From Methanomassiliicoccaceae archaeon (GTDB lineage: Archaea; Thermoplasmatota; Thermoplasmata; Methanomassiliicoccales; UBA472), in contig CAWGZX010000003.1 in NCBI GenBank assembly GCA_963827135.1, forward strand, positions 1,784-65,783: a DNA stretch of 64,000 bases, written 5' to 3'. Positions 9,343 through 18,158 of this stretch are shown in pieces. The notes under the pieces are model-generated. The model made no database searches. It saw nothing but the letters and a program-made list of their open reading frames with translations, and was not told where the DNA came from. Position 1 is the stretch's first letter; each line of letters starts with the position of its first letter. Both the position numbers and the translations under genes were made by a program.

Positions 9343-10476
9343 CTATCTCTGCTCTATCGGGACGAACGGCCTCCCGAACTCACCGACGTACTTGGACGAA
9401 GGGCGCAGCAGCACGGCGTCCTCGTACTGCTCGATCACGTGCGAGACCCAACCGGATATCCTGCTGCAGCAGAAGAAGGGCGTGAAGAACTCCTGCGGAA
9501 CCCCAAGGGCGTCCATGGCCACCGCGGCGTAGAAGTCCAGGTTGGGGTAGATGCTCTTCCGGTCATGGACGATCTTTTCGATCTTGGTGCATTTGTTATA
9601 CAGGGTCATCGTCCTCTGGCGATGGCACAGGTTCTCCACGATGCCCCGTAGATGCTTGGTCCTCGGGTCCTCGGCCCTATAGACGCGGTGCCCGAACCCC
9701 ATGATCTTCTTGTCCTCATCCAGAAGACCTTTGATGTACTCCTCGACGTGCTCCTCGAGCCCAATGTCGTCGAGCATCTCCATGACCTTCTCGCTCGCCC
9801 CGCCATGCAGCGGCCCCTTCAGGGTGCCGATGGCCGACGTGACCGCCGAATACATGTCCGAGTTCGTGCTGGCCGTCACGCGGGCGGCGAACGTCGAGGC
9901 GTTGAAACCGTGGTCCGCGTGCAAGATCATCAGCCGGTGCAGGACGTTGGTCTCGTCCTTCTCCGGTAGCGTCCCCTTGAACATGTAGAGGAAGTTCTCG
10001 ATGAACGTGTAATCATCCTTAGGGCGGGGGACAGGCTGATCCAATCGGCTCCTGTGCAAGGTGGCGACGATGGTGGGCACCTGCGCTATCAGCCGGATCG
10101 CCCTCCGGGTGTTCGCGTTCCTGGACATGCTGCTTCCCTCTGGATCGAACTCTCCCAGATGAGAGACCTCGGTGCGCAGCACATCCATGGGGTGGCAGCT
10201 CTTGGGCGTGGAGCTGATGCTGTCCACGACCTCCTTGGGCAGCCTCATCTCGGCGACCAGGTCGGAGCTGAACTTGTCCAGCTCTCTCTGGTTGGGCAGC
10301 CTCCTGTACATGAAGAGGTAGGCCACCTCAGCGTAGTAGATCCGTCCCACCAGGTCGTCGATGTTGTATCCCACGTAGTAAAGGGAACCGGTGGGGTTGA
10401 CATAGCTGATCCTGGTCTCGGCGGCGGCCACATCCTTCAACCCGCGGACAACGTCTCTCTCCGACTCTCCAGCCAT
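9343..10476 (-). CDS. gltA: Citrate synthase (Si-type)
   Basis: 377 aa with LMILHADHGFNAST and MGFGHRVYRAEDPR, the active-site signatures of citrate synthase. Confidence 0.9.
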   Translation of the reverse strand: MAGESERDVVRGLKDVAAAETRISYVNPTGSLYYVGYNIDDLVGRIYYAEVAYLFMYRRLPNQRELDKFSSDLVAEMRLPKEVVDSISSTPKSCHPMDVLRTEVSHLGEFDPEGSSMSRNANTRRAIRLIAQVPTIVATLHRSRLDQPVPRPKDDYTFIENFLYMFKGTLPEKDETNVLHRLMILHADHGFNASTFAARVTASTNSDMYSAVTSAIGTLKGPLHGGASEKVMEMLDDIGLEEHVEEYIKGLLDEDKKIMGFGHRVYRAEDPRTKHLRGIVENLCHRQRTMTLYNKCTKIEKIVHDRKSIYPNLDFYAAVAMDALGVPQEFFTPFFCCSRISGWVSHVIEQYEDAVLLRPSSKYVGEFGRPFVPIEQR

Positions 10477-10768
10477 TCTACCTCATCATCCCGTGCCCCC
10501 GATATAGCATTCCCTCTCATGATTCTTTAGGTGCGAGCGAATCCACCAAGGATGTCGAGACAGGGAGCTAACGAGGAGACTGCCTCAACACCAATCTATC
10601 TCGCGCGGAAAAGCCAATTAGAGCCAGGACATGCTGGCGGGCTTCAACCTGGCTGGATTCCGACTTCATGATGGATGTGAAGAGGAACGGGAGGGCGAGC
10701 AAGGAGACCGGCACGGCGCTCCACGAGATCGTCATGTTCCATTCGGCCGAGTGAGGATTCCTTGCGCC

Positions 10769-11266
10769 TCATTGAACGATCTGGGAGATCGCCCTGACGC
10801 TGAGGCAGTCGAATATCTCCTCTGCGAAGCGCACCAGGTCCTCCCTCGAGGCGGCGACGGCGTCTTTGACAAGGTAAGGCGAGAGGTCCTTGTCCAGCGC
10901 GCCGATGTAGGTGGCGAGCACGCAGCAGGTGGCGCTCAGCCCTGCCAGCAGCACGGTGTCGCAGTCACGCTCTCTGAGCAGGCTCTCCAGGTCGGTCCTG
11001 TTGAAGGCGTTGGGGTAGTTCTTGATCACCTTTGAATCCCGAGGCTCGATCTTAATGCCAGGATGAAACTCGAAGGCCTTGGTTCCAAGTTCCGGCCCGA
11101 CCCCTTTGTCCGTATGGTAGATCACGATGATGGGCAGGTTCTTCGCTCGGAAGATGGCGATGGCCTGGTTTATCTCATCGATGCGGGTCTCCAGCGACTT
11201 CTTCAAGCCCTCGGATCTGTCTAACCAAGCGTTCTGGACGTCTATCACTAGCAGCGCCGGTCTCAT
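10769..11266 (-). CDS. Isochorismatase-family cysteine hydrolase
   Basis: MRPALLVIDVQNAW start, and LLAGLSATCCVLAT containing the catalytic Cys region. 165 aa. Confidence 0.8.
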   Translation of the reverse strand: MRPALLVIDVQNAWLDRSEGLKKSLETRIDEINQAIAIFRAKNLPIIVIYHTDKGVGPELGTKAFEFHPGIKIEPRDSKVIKNYPNAFNRTDLESLLRERDCDTVLLAGLSATCCVLATYIGALDKDLSPYLVKDAVAASREDLVRFAEEIFDCLSVRAISQIVQ

Positions 11267-11396
11267 TTCAAACCCAAGCTTTCATCGCAACCTAGGCTAT
11301 TAAATTATGAGCCTCTAGAGCGGCCACCTCTATATATGGAACGAGAGAAATAAAGATTAAAGAGGCCAAGGTGCCCCTTGGCCGTTACACGCTCGA

Positions 11397-13760
11397 TCAC
11401 GGCGGCGAAGCTGTTATGGAAATGGTCGCACCAGAAAGGCCTGCCTCCTCGCTCAGGACCTCCACATGCACTCCATAGGACGGCAATTCCAAACCGATGA
11501 AGCGGTAGCTGCCCTTGAGCTTCTGGATTTGGAAGAAGACGTTGCTGTCATCGAAGCCTGTGGCCGCGGGCAAAGCAGGAAACTCGGTGTCCACGCCGAC
11601 CAAGTTTATGGTGTTAGGGACGGTGGGCCTGAGGCCGAAGGTCGCGTCCATCAGCTGGATGCGCTCCCTGACGAAGTAGCCATTGGCCATGTACAATGGC
11701 TCAGGATGAGCGTCAACTAGACCGATTGCCGCTTGCCCCGGGTGCATACCATAGTCATTGTCCGCCACCGACATATCGCGGTACCAGATCGCCAATCCCG
11801 GATTGTAGGAGAAGTACTCCACGTACGCGCCCACGAACTGGTAGCAGCCCGAGAGCGCGGAGTCGAACCCGACGAAGTTCCTCCATTCCATGATGTAGTA
11901 GTGGCGGAAGCTCCCTCCCACGCCGGAGCCGGCGATGGACCACCCAGAACCTAGGTCGTCCGAGGCGCTCACGGTCCACTTGGACGCGGAATTCTGGTCC
12001 ACCAGGTCTTGGAATGCTACGGTTCCGTCTGAGCCGACCACCGTGATGTCGTCCAAGGTCCACCCTAATCCGAACGTTGCTTCGTCTTGGTAAAGGACAA
12101 ACCTCAGCATAAGGTCGGTGACCCCGACGTAAGCGGACATGTCCATCTCCTCAAGGACCATTTTCTTCTTGCCCGTGCCAGTCAAGCCATTGCCAGGGTT
12201 GCCGCCGATGGGATCGGCTGTGGTGGTGTGCTTACCAGGCAAAGATGTCCATGTCGCTCCGCCATCCGCAGATACCTGCACGCTGCCCCAGTCGTAGTAG
12301 GTCTCGATGTCCCACCACTCGTAGAATGACAGCCTAGCCCCGATCGGGACGCTAGGTATATTGGCCGTCATCATGTATGAAGAGCCGGACATGATCAGCT
12401 TGTCCGTCACATCGGGCTTATACCCCGAATACCACTGGTAGGTGCCGGTCCTCGGATCGGGCAAGGTAAGGGTCACCTGCTTGGCAGGCAGCTCTATCCT
12501 GACCGCACGGATGCCCGCGTTCCCTTCGACCTGGGACATGTCCACCGTGGCGGATACCGGTTCCATTTCGGAATAATCGAAATAGGCGGTGGCCCCGTTC
12601 TCCCACCCCAGCACGTACTTGGCCCAGACGTTCATATGAGCCGGCAGCACGCCCAGGGCGCTCCTTCCGTCAGGTGTCGGCCCAGGGTTCCACATGCCAG
12701 TGGACATTAAGCTCCAGAAGCCCACCGGCTCTTCGGCCAGGTAGGTCCTGTCGTACTCGTCCGGAAGCCCGAGCTGGTGCGCGTACTCGTGCGCGAACAA
12801 GCCCATGGGGCCGTCCTCCGATTCGCAGGTGTACGGCCCGACCTTGAGGCCAGGGACGATCTCGTACCCGTCAGGACCATTGGCGAACCAGCTATGCCCC
12901 CAGATATGCCATGAAGGTCCTGGGTCCTGCTCCTGACCCCCTCGTATCACCATCAGGCTGTCGATGAACCCATCTCCGTTCGCGTCGAAGTCGTACCAGG
13001 GGATGTCCATGCCATATTCGGCATAGGCGGCCTCGGCGGCATCGATGGCGATGCGCCAGACCGGCCCGTTAAGGTCATCGGAACCGGCGCCACCGGCCCG
13101 ACTGTCCGCCCCATAGTACCATTGCGAGTGGTCCGTGATCTGGACCCAATCGGTGACGTAGCCGTCGACGGTGTATAGGCCTCCGGACTGCTCCTCGAAG
13201 TAGGTGGCGAGCGAGCCCTCGCCTTCCCCGAACAACAGCTCCTGGTAATGGGCCGGGGTGAAGTCCTCCATCCAGTAGTCGACGTTGTTTTCCGAGGATG
13301 GTTGCGGAATCTGGTTGTGCATTGGGCCGGTGTAGGTGACGCCCTTGTAGGTGTCAGAGCCGGTGAACTCCACCAGGATCACCAGTATCCTGCCGGTGCC
13401 TGAGACCACTTGAGGTTCGCTAGCGCTTCCAGCAGCGGCCTCCGCCTTGGCCACGGCCTTGGCGGCGAGCGGGTTGACGTAAGACTGCTTCGCCCTCTCG
13501 CTCAGTCCCGCCACCCTGTTAACCAGCCACTCCTTCACCTGGGCGTTGGTAGAGCTCTCCGATAGCTCTCCCCTCTCGATCGCTCCGTTCACAGATCTCT
13601 GCCATTGCAGCGGCACCTCGGACAATAAGTCCGACCGGGAGCGCTGCTGGACGTTGCTCACTGCCATGAATGCCGTCGCGAGCATCAAGCCCACAACGAA
13701 TAGGGCAAGCAGAGCGCGGAGCGCTCGCCTACCTCCGATTGTAGCACTATCGCTTGTCAT
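11397..13760 (-). CDS. M6 (immune inhibitor A-like) zinc metalloprotease, N-terminally membrane-anchored
   Basis: HEYAHQLGLPDEYD matches HExxHxxGxxDxY of the M6 family. N-terminal hydrophobic helix ALLALFVVGLMLATAFMAV. 787 aa. Confidence 0.75.
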   Translation of the reverse strand: MTSDSATIGGRRALRALLALFVVGLMLATAFMAVSNVQQRSRSDLLSEVPLQWQRSVNGAIERGELSESSTNAQVKEWLVNRVAGLSERAKQSYVNPLAAKAVAKAEAAAGSASEPQVVSGTGRILVILVEFTGSDTYKGVTYTGPMHNQIPQPSSENNVDYWMEDFTPAHYQELLFGEGEGSLATYFEEQSGGLYTVDGYVTDWVQITDHSQWYYGADSRAGGAGSDDLNGPVWRIAIDAAEAAYAEYGMDIPWYDFDANGDGFIDSLMVIRGGQEQDPGPSWHIWGHSWFANGPDGYEIVPGLKVGPYTCESEDGPMGLFAHEYAHQLGLPDEYDRTYLAEEPVGFWSLMSTGMWNPGPTPDGRSALGVLPAHMNVWAKYVLGWENGATAYFDYSEMEPVSATVDMSQVEGNAGIRAVRIELPAKQVTLTLPDPRTGTYQWYSGYKPDVTDKLIMSGSSYMMTANIPSVPIGARLSFYEWWDIETYYDWGSVQVSADGGATWTSLPGKHTTTADPIGGNPGNGLTGTGKKKMVLEEMDMSAYVGVTDLMLRFVLYQDEATFGLGWTLDDITVVGSDGTVAFQDLVDQNSASKWTVSASDDLGSGWSIAGSGVGGSFRHYYIMEWRNFVGFDSALSGCYQFVGAYVEYFSYNPGLAIWYRDMSVADNDYGMHPGQAAIGLVDAHPEPLYMANGYFVRERIQLMDATFGLRPTVPNTINLVGVDTEFPALPAATGFDDSNVFFQIQKLKGSYRFIGLELPSYGVHVEVLSEEAGLSGATISITASPP

Positions 13761-13952
13761 CGCATTCCCCCCATTTACTAAGTTAAGAATTTTCTTATCA
13801 AGTAGAAAAAGGCGACGTTTGACGAGCCTTTAGCTCATTCATCATTATCGTTTTGGATAACACTTAGACCGCACCATAGCTCATGAACTTGGTACGACCA
13901 TAGCCGAATTGTTTAACTCCTTGGTTCGACCTATTTCCTTAACGGTGACCTG

Positions 13953-14183
13953 ATGGAATCCGAGAAGACTACGTATGCGCATTGCCAGAAGTGCGGTAGA
14001 TGGTTCAAGATCGGAATCCGTATCCTGAGCGCCGAGGCGTTCGAGAACGCCAAGATCAAAAGGACGACCAAAGTGTGCCCGTACTGCAAGAGATCCACTT
14101 TGGTCTCGAAGCAGTCCATCCGGTTCGATGAGATCAGGATCGACGGGAGGATCACCCACACCGAAGGGAAGTACTTCCTGTAA
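13953..14183 (+). CDS. Small zinc-ribbon protein
   Basis: 76 aa with CQKCGRW and CPYCKR pairs. Lies in the lower-GC stretch. The overlapping minus-strand ORFs have no features. Confidence 0.5.
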   Translation: MESEKTTYAHCQKCGRWFKIGIRILSAEAFENAKIKRTTKVCPYCKRSTLVSKQSIRFDEIRIDGRITHTEGKYFL

Positions 14184-14295
14184 GATTCGAGAGGGCATGG
14201 AAGGATCGTTCGGATCCAATTGTTCTTCCTTTTACCAATCTTTAAGCCCAAGGAGCTCTGATGATTTGTGGGGGAATCGCCCCGGAGGTGAAAGA

Positions 14296-14568
14296 ATGAG
14301 ATTCATATCACTTGTGAAATGGAAAAAGAAGATTACGAATGAAAGCATCGCCCAGAACCTCAAGTGCATGAAGTTAGAAGCAGCGAAGGAAGGCATTAAA
14401 ATGATCGATATTTACTGGACGCTAGGCCGCTACGACGCAATCGTCATAATGGAAGCACCCGACGAAAAGGCGGCCATGAGGATGTCAGTCCGGAGAGGGG
14501 AGTGCATGGCGATAGAGACACTGGTAGCAATTCCCGCCGAAGAGGCCAGAAAGCTCGTTAAGAAGTGA
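14296..14568 (+). CDS. GYD-domain protein
   Basis: 90 aa. WTLGRYDAIVIMEAPDEKAAM matches the GxYD core of the GYD family. GGAGGTG Shine-Dalgarno 5 nt upstream of ATG 14296. Confidence 0.7.
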   Translation: MRFISLVKWKKKITNESIAQNLKCMKLEAAKEGIKMIDIYWTLGRYDAIVIMEAPDEKAAMRMSVRRGECMAIETLVAIPAEEARKLVKK

Positions 14569-15154
14569 ATTAATTGCCTTCGCAAATCTTTTTTTCTTTG
14601 ATGCCTGAGAGGGTCTTTTCGAAGTTACCTCGTTGTATGGGATGCCGTGATGTTCGGGCTACTTATTGGTGGGTTCTTTGGCATCCAGAGCTTTCATCCT
14701 TAAGATAGCATCTGATCAATAACGGAAAGGGTGATTATGGGAGGTCATGAACAAGAGGCGCATCATTATAGAAGTTCCAGATTTACAAATGGTCAAAGGA
14801 TGTCGATAGTGAATCAATTCGAAAAAGCCAGACTTATAAAGAACTGGAAAGGGTCTAAAAATATGACCCAATCTATATATTAATATTTTTAGTCCTTCTT
14901 CTCTTCTTTCTTGTCCCTTCTATTCTTGATGACAGCTGCCTTGGCAATCGCACCCATTTTTTTCCTCCCTTTGATGCTCCCTCATATGAGGGACTAGATG
15001 GTAATGGATAACCTGGTTCTTTAACATTATTACGAGCTTACGAGCAATATTACGGTCGATTGATCAAGCTATATCAGGGAACTTGGATGGCTACGGCAAA
15101 GGTTTATTAAACGAAGGCTCTCTTCTTGAGCTTACTCTTTAACGGGGGTTTGTC

Positions 15155-15610
15155 ATGTCAGAAAGGAAAACCGAAAAGGTAATGGGACCAGTAGATTACA
15201 CTGTAATTCTGTTCCCGGGGAACAAGTTCAGCGGAAAGATCGCACCAGAGCTTGAAAAATTGCAGCTGAATGGGATCATCAGGATAATCGATTTGGTTTT
15301 CATCTTAAAGGATAAGAGCGGCAGAGCGATTTTCACAGAGGCGAGGAACCTAGGTGGCAAAGAGGGCGAGGCGTTCAAGTCTTTCACGACTCATCTGGGT
15401 GAGTGGCTTTCCGAGGATGACATCGAGGACATAGGGGCATTGATTCCCAACAACAGTGCAGCCGCGGCATTGCTGTTCGAGAACACCTGGGCTGTGAATT
15501 TCAAGAAAGCCTTGCTCGATGCCGATGCTCAATTGATTACTCAGGCTCGCATACCCCATGAGCAGGTAGTTAAGGTCATGAAGGAAAGGATCGTACCAGG
15601 AGGCGCTTAA
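15155..15610 (+). CDS. Conserved uncharacterised protein (DUF6325-like by recollection)
   Basis: 151 aa. GPVDYTVILFPGNKFSGKIAPEL...IIRIIDLVFILKD resembles a family I recall mainly from Actinobacteria. The stop abuts the next ATG. Confidence 0.6.
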   Translation: MSERKTEKVMGPVDYTVILFPGNKFSGKIAPELEKLQLNGIIRIIDLVFILKDKSGRAIFTEARNLGGKEGEAFKSFTTHLGEWLSEDDIEDIGALIPNNSAAAALLFENTWAVNFKKALLDADAQLITQARIPHEQVVKVMKERIVPGGA

Positions 15611-15853
15611 ATGAGAGGAAGAGGAGCAGCATTATTGATCGGTATGAAGGCAGGAGAAAGGAGGGCGGAAGCGGCTCAGGCACAACAACAGCAACAGGCA
15701 GCACCGCCGCCGGCAGCGGCACCAGCGCCCGCGGCACCTGCACCATCGGGCGGGGACATGAGCGCCCAGTTGCAGAATCTTGCCAACATGCATTCGTCGG
15801 GCCAACTATCCGATGAGGAATATGCGGCGGCCAAGAAGAAGCTACTTGGTTGA
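15611..15853 (+). CDS. SHOCT-domain small protein
   Basis: 80 aa. Q/A/P-rich linker, then SGQLSDEEYAAAKKKLLG, the SHOCT C-terminal motif. TAA-ATG junction with the upstream gene. Confidence 0.65.
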   Translation: MRGRGAALLIGMKAGERRAEAAQAQQQQQAAPPPAAAPAPAAPAPSGGDMSAQLQNLANMHSSGQLSDEEYAAAKKKLLG

Positions 15854-15875
15854 GATTTTAAATTACCAAACCAAA

Positions 15876-15920
15876 GGCCAGGATGATCCCATCCTGGCCA
15901 CTAAGTTTATTTTATTTAAG
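15876..15920 (+). terminator. Hairpin plus T-rich tract after the SHOCT gene
   Basis: Perfect 10-bp stem GGCCAGGATG / CATCCTGGCC (15876-15885 / 15890-15899) with loop ATCC, followed by ACTAAGTTTATTTTATTT. Confidence 0.5.
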
Positions 15921-16009
15921 GCATTTAGAATGTTGCTTCGAGAAGAATGAATTCCATATACACCCATTTTTTCGAGGTCCCTTCGATCAGTTCGTACTCC
16001 ACAAATTGA

Positions 16010-16762
16010 ATGAGGTTAAATATACTGCCCGTCGAAATACCCTCTGGCCCCATTGGATGGTTGAGAACCATGAGATTGCGGGAAAACAGGGTGTTCGGGT
16101 ACCAATTACGCTACATGTCCTATGGTTCTTGGCTAGCTGAATGGATGTATGGATTCATCATGGTGGCCGTCGTGACCGGCATGATAAATGGTTATGGTCA
16201 GCTCGCCCTCTCCCTCTTCCGCTGGGAGATAACTGTATGGTTGATAGTTGTCACATTCGGTGTCAACATCGCATGGGGTTTGATCGATGGGCTGACTGTC
16301 ATCTACGGAAGCTTGACGGACAAGGCGGACCAGGAAAAGCTCATCAGTGAGGCTAAAAAGGATAGGAATAACCCGGAACTGAGGAAGGGCATACTGGCAC
16401 TTCTGGATGATTCGGTCGTCGAATCTCTCACCGATGAGAAGAAGGAGAAGTTGATCGACGACGTCATCGACCATGGGGCAGAGTTCAAGAAGAGATATAA
16501 GCTGACAAAAGGGGATAGGAAAATCCTCATCGCCACTGCTTCATGCGACATATTGGCAGTCATTCCAGTCATCCTGCCCTTCATCGTCCTAGGATTCACG
16601 GGCGCTGCGCTTACGCTATCTAGAATCATTGCAGCCACCGCCATTGGTTGGATTGTCTTCAAGTACGCGGAGCACACCGGGCGCAGGAAGTATATCGCGG
16701 CGGCGGTGTTCTTCTTCCTCACCCTGGTCATGATGGCCGTCACGTGGTATTATGGATGGTAA
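16010..16762 (+). CDS. Five-TM membrane protein, VIT1/CCC1-like topology (tentative)
   Basis: Two TM helices (one containing GLIDG), an acidic helical insert of about 70 aa, then three TM helices. Start uncertain (ATG 16010 or 16070). Overlaps the next gene by 11 nt. Confidence 0.4.
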   Translation: MRLNILPVEIPSGPIGWLRTMRLRENRVFGYQLRYMSYGSWLAEWMYGFIMVAVVTGMINGYGQLALSLFRWEITVWLIVVTFGVNIAWGLIDGLTVIYGSLTDKADQEKLISEAKKDRNNPELRKGILALLDDSVVESLTDEKKEKLIDDVIDHGAEFKKRYKLTKGDRKILIATASCDILAVIPVILPFIVLGFTGAALTLSRIIAATAIGWIVFKYAEHTGRRKYIAAAVFFFLTLVMMAVTWYYGW

Positions 16763-17990
16763 GCAAAGGCAGGAGTCATCTGATAGCCAGCTGTCCAGTG
16801 GAAATAAGACTCATGGGGAAGTTCCCACAGCCTTCCACATATTAGCCAAGCCAAGGGGAGCGATATGCAATCTCGCATGCAAATACTGCTTCTACACCAA
16901 GAAAGCCGAATTATATCCCGAGGGTTCGTTCCGCATGTCCGACGAGGTGTTGGAGAGCTACCTGCGGCAGATCATCCACGGTCACGAAGCTCCCGAAGTG
17001 ACGATAGCCTGGCAGGGAGGGGAGCCTACCCTGATGGGATTGGATTTCTTCAGAAAGTCCATCGAATTGGAGCACAAGTACGCTCGACCAGGTCAGAAGA
17101 TGATCAACACCATCCAGACGAATGGAACGACCTTGTCCGATGAATGGTGCACCTTCCTCAAAGAGAATGATTTCTTGGTCGGGATCTCCATCGATGGCCC
17201 TGAGGACCTGCACGATCAATATAGGATCGACAAAGGCGGCGGGCCGACCTTCGAGAAGGTGATGAAAGGCCTCCGCTTGTTACAGAAGCACCACGTGGAG
17301 CACAATGCCCTCGTTACCATTAACGCGGTCAACGTCAACGACCATCTGAAGGTGTATAGATTCCTGCGTGATGAGGCTGATATCCGATTCATCCAGCTCA
17401 TACCCATCGTTGAGAAGGAGTCCGTTTCTGATACCTCAGGTTCAATGAAAGCAACGAAGGAATCGGTCCCCCCGGGAAAATTCGGCAGGTTCATGATCGG
17501 GGTGTTCGACGAGTGGGTTCACAGGGACGTAGGGGAGGTCTTCGTCCAAGCCTTCGATGTGGCCCTGGCCAACTGGCATGGAGAGCCTCCTAGCATATGT
17601 GTGAATGCTCCGATATGTGGGACGGCTTTGGCGCTTGAGCACACGGGAGACCTATACTCTTGCGACCATTTCGTCGATGTGGAGCACCGCTTGGGAAACA
17701 TCCTAGTGACTCCGATGGTGGACCTAGTTTCGAGCGAGCGACAACGTGGCTTCGGGTCAAGGAAAGCACTTTTACCTCGATATTGTCTGGAATGTGATGT
17801 GCGATTTGCCTGCCACGGAGGCTGTCCGAAGGACCGTTTCATCCTTACTCCAGATGGCGAGCGGGGCTTGAATTATCTGTGCTCCGGATATAAGTCATTC
17901 TACCACCACATCGATCGACCGATGCGGATCATGAGCGGACTTCTAAGGCAGGGCAGGGCTCCATCCGAGATCACGGGTGCGCGGTATTGA
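16752..17990 (+). CDS. Radical SAM/SPASM maturase, anaerobic sulfatase-maturating enzyme (anSME/AslB)-like
   Basis: CNLACKYCFY (CxxxCxxC). C-terminal SPASM cysteines CVNAPICG...YSCDHF...CLECDVRFACHGGCPKDR. 412 aa. Confidence 0.8.
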   Translation: MDGKQRQESSDSQLSSGNKTHGEVPTAFHILAKPRGAICNLACKYCFYTKKAELYPEGSFRMSDEVLESYLRQIIHGHEAPEVTIAWQGGEPTLMGLDFFRKSIELEHKYARPGQKMINTIQTNGTTLSDEWCTFLKENDFLVGISIDGPEDLHDQYRIDKGGGPTFEKVMKGLRLLQKHHVEHNALVTINAVNVNDHLKVYRFLRDEADIRFIQLIPIVEKESVSDTSGSMKATKESVPPGKFGRFMIGVFDEWVHRDVGEVFVQAFDVALANWHGEPPSICVNAPICGTALALEHTGDLYSCDHFVDVEHRLGNILVTPMVDLVSSERQRGFGSRKALLPRYCLECDVRFACHGGCPKDRFILTPDGERGLNYLCSGYKSFYHHIDRPMRIMSGLLRQGRAPSEITGARY

Positions 17991-18158
17991 TGGGCCAACA
18001 ATGACAGTGACCTGAAAAAAAGGTTGGAAGTCGCATCTGATTTAAATCCATAAGCTGATACGAATTCCATAACTCGTAAGGGGAGTCGTCTCACGAATCC
18101 GTTTCGTCGCCTTGGAAGATTTATCAACCTCCGAAGAAAATGGATTATTCTCGCATGG

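Noticed and set aside
10477-10768. Small ORFs (27-32 aa) in the 290-nt spacer between citrate synthase and the isochorismatase-family gene.
   Set aside because: There are no ribosome-binding sites or recognisable motifs. The spacer more likely holds the citrate synthase promoter and leader.
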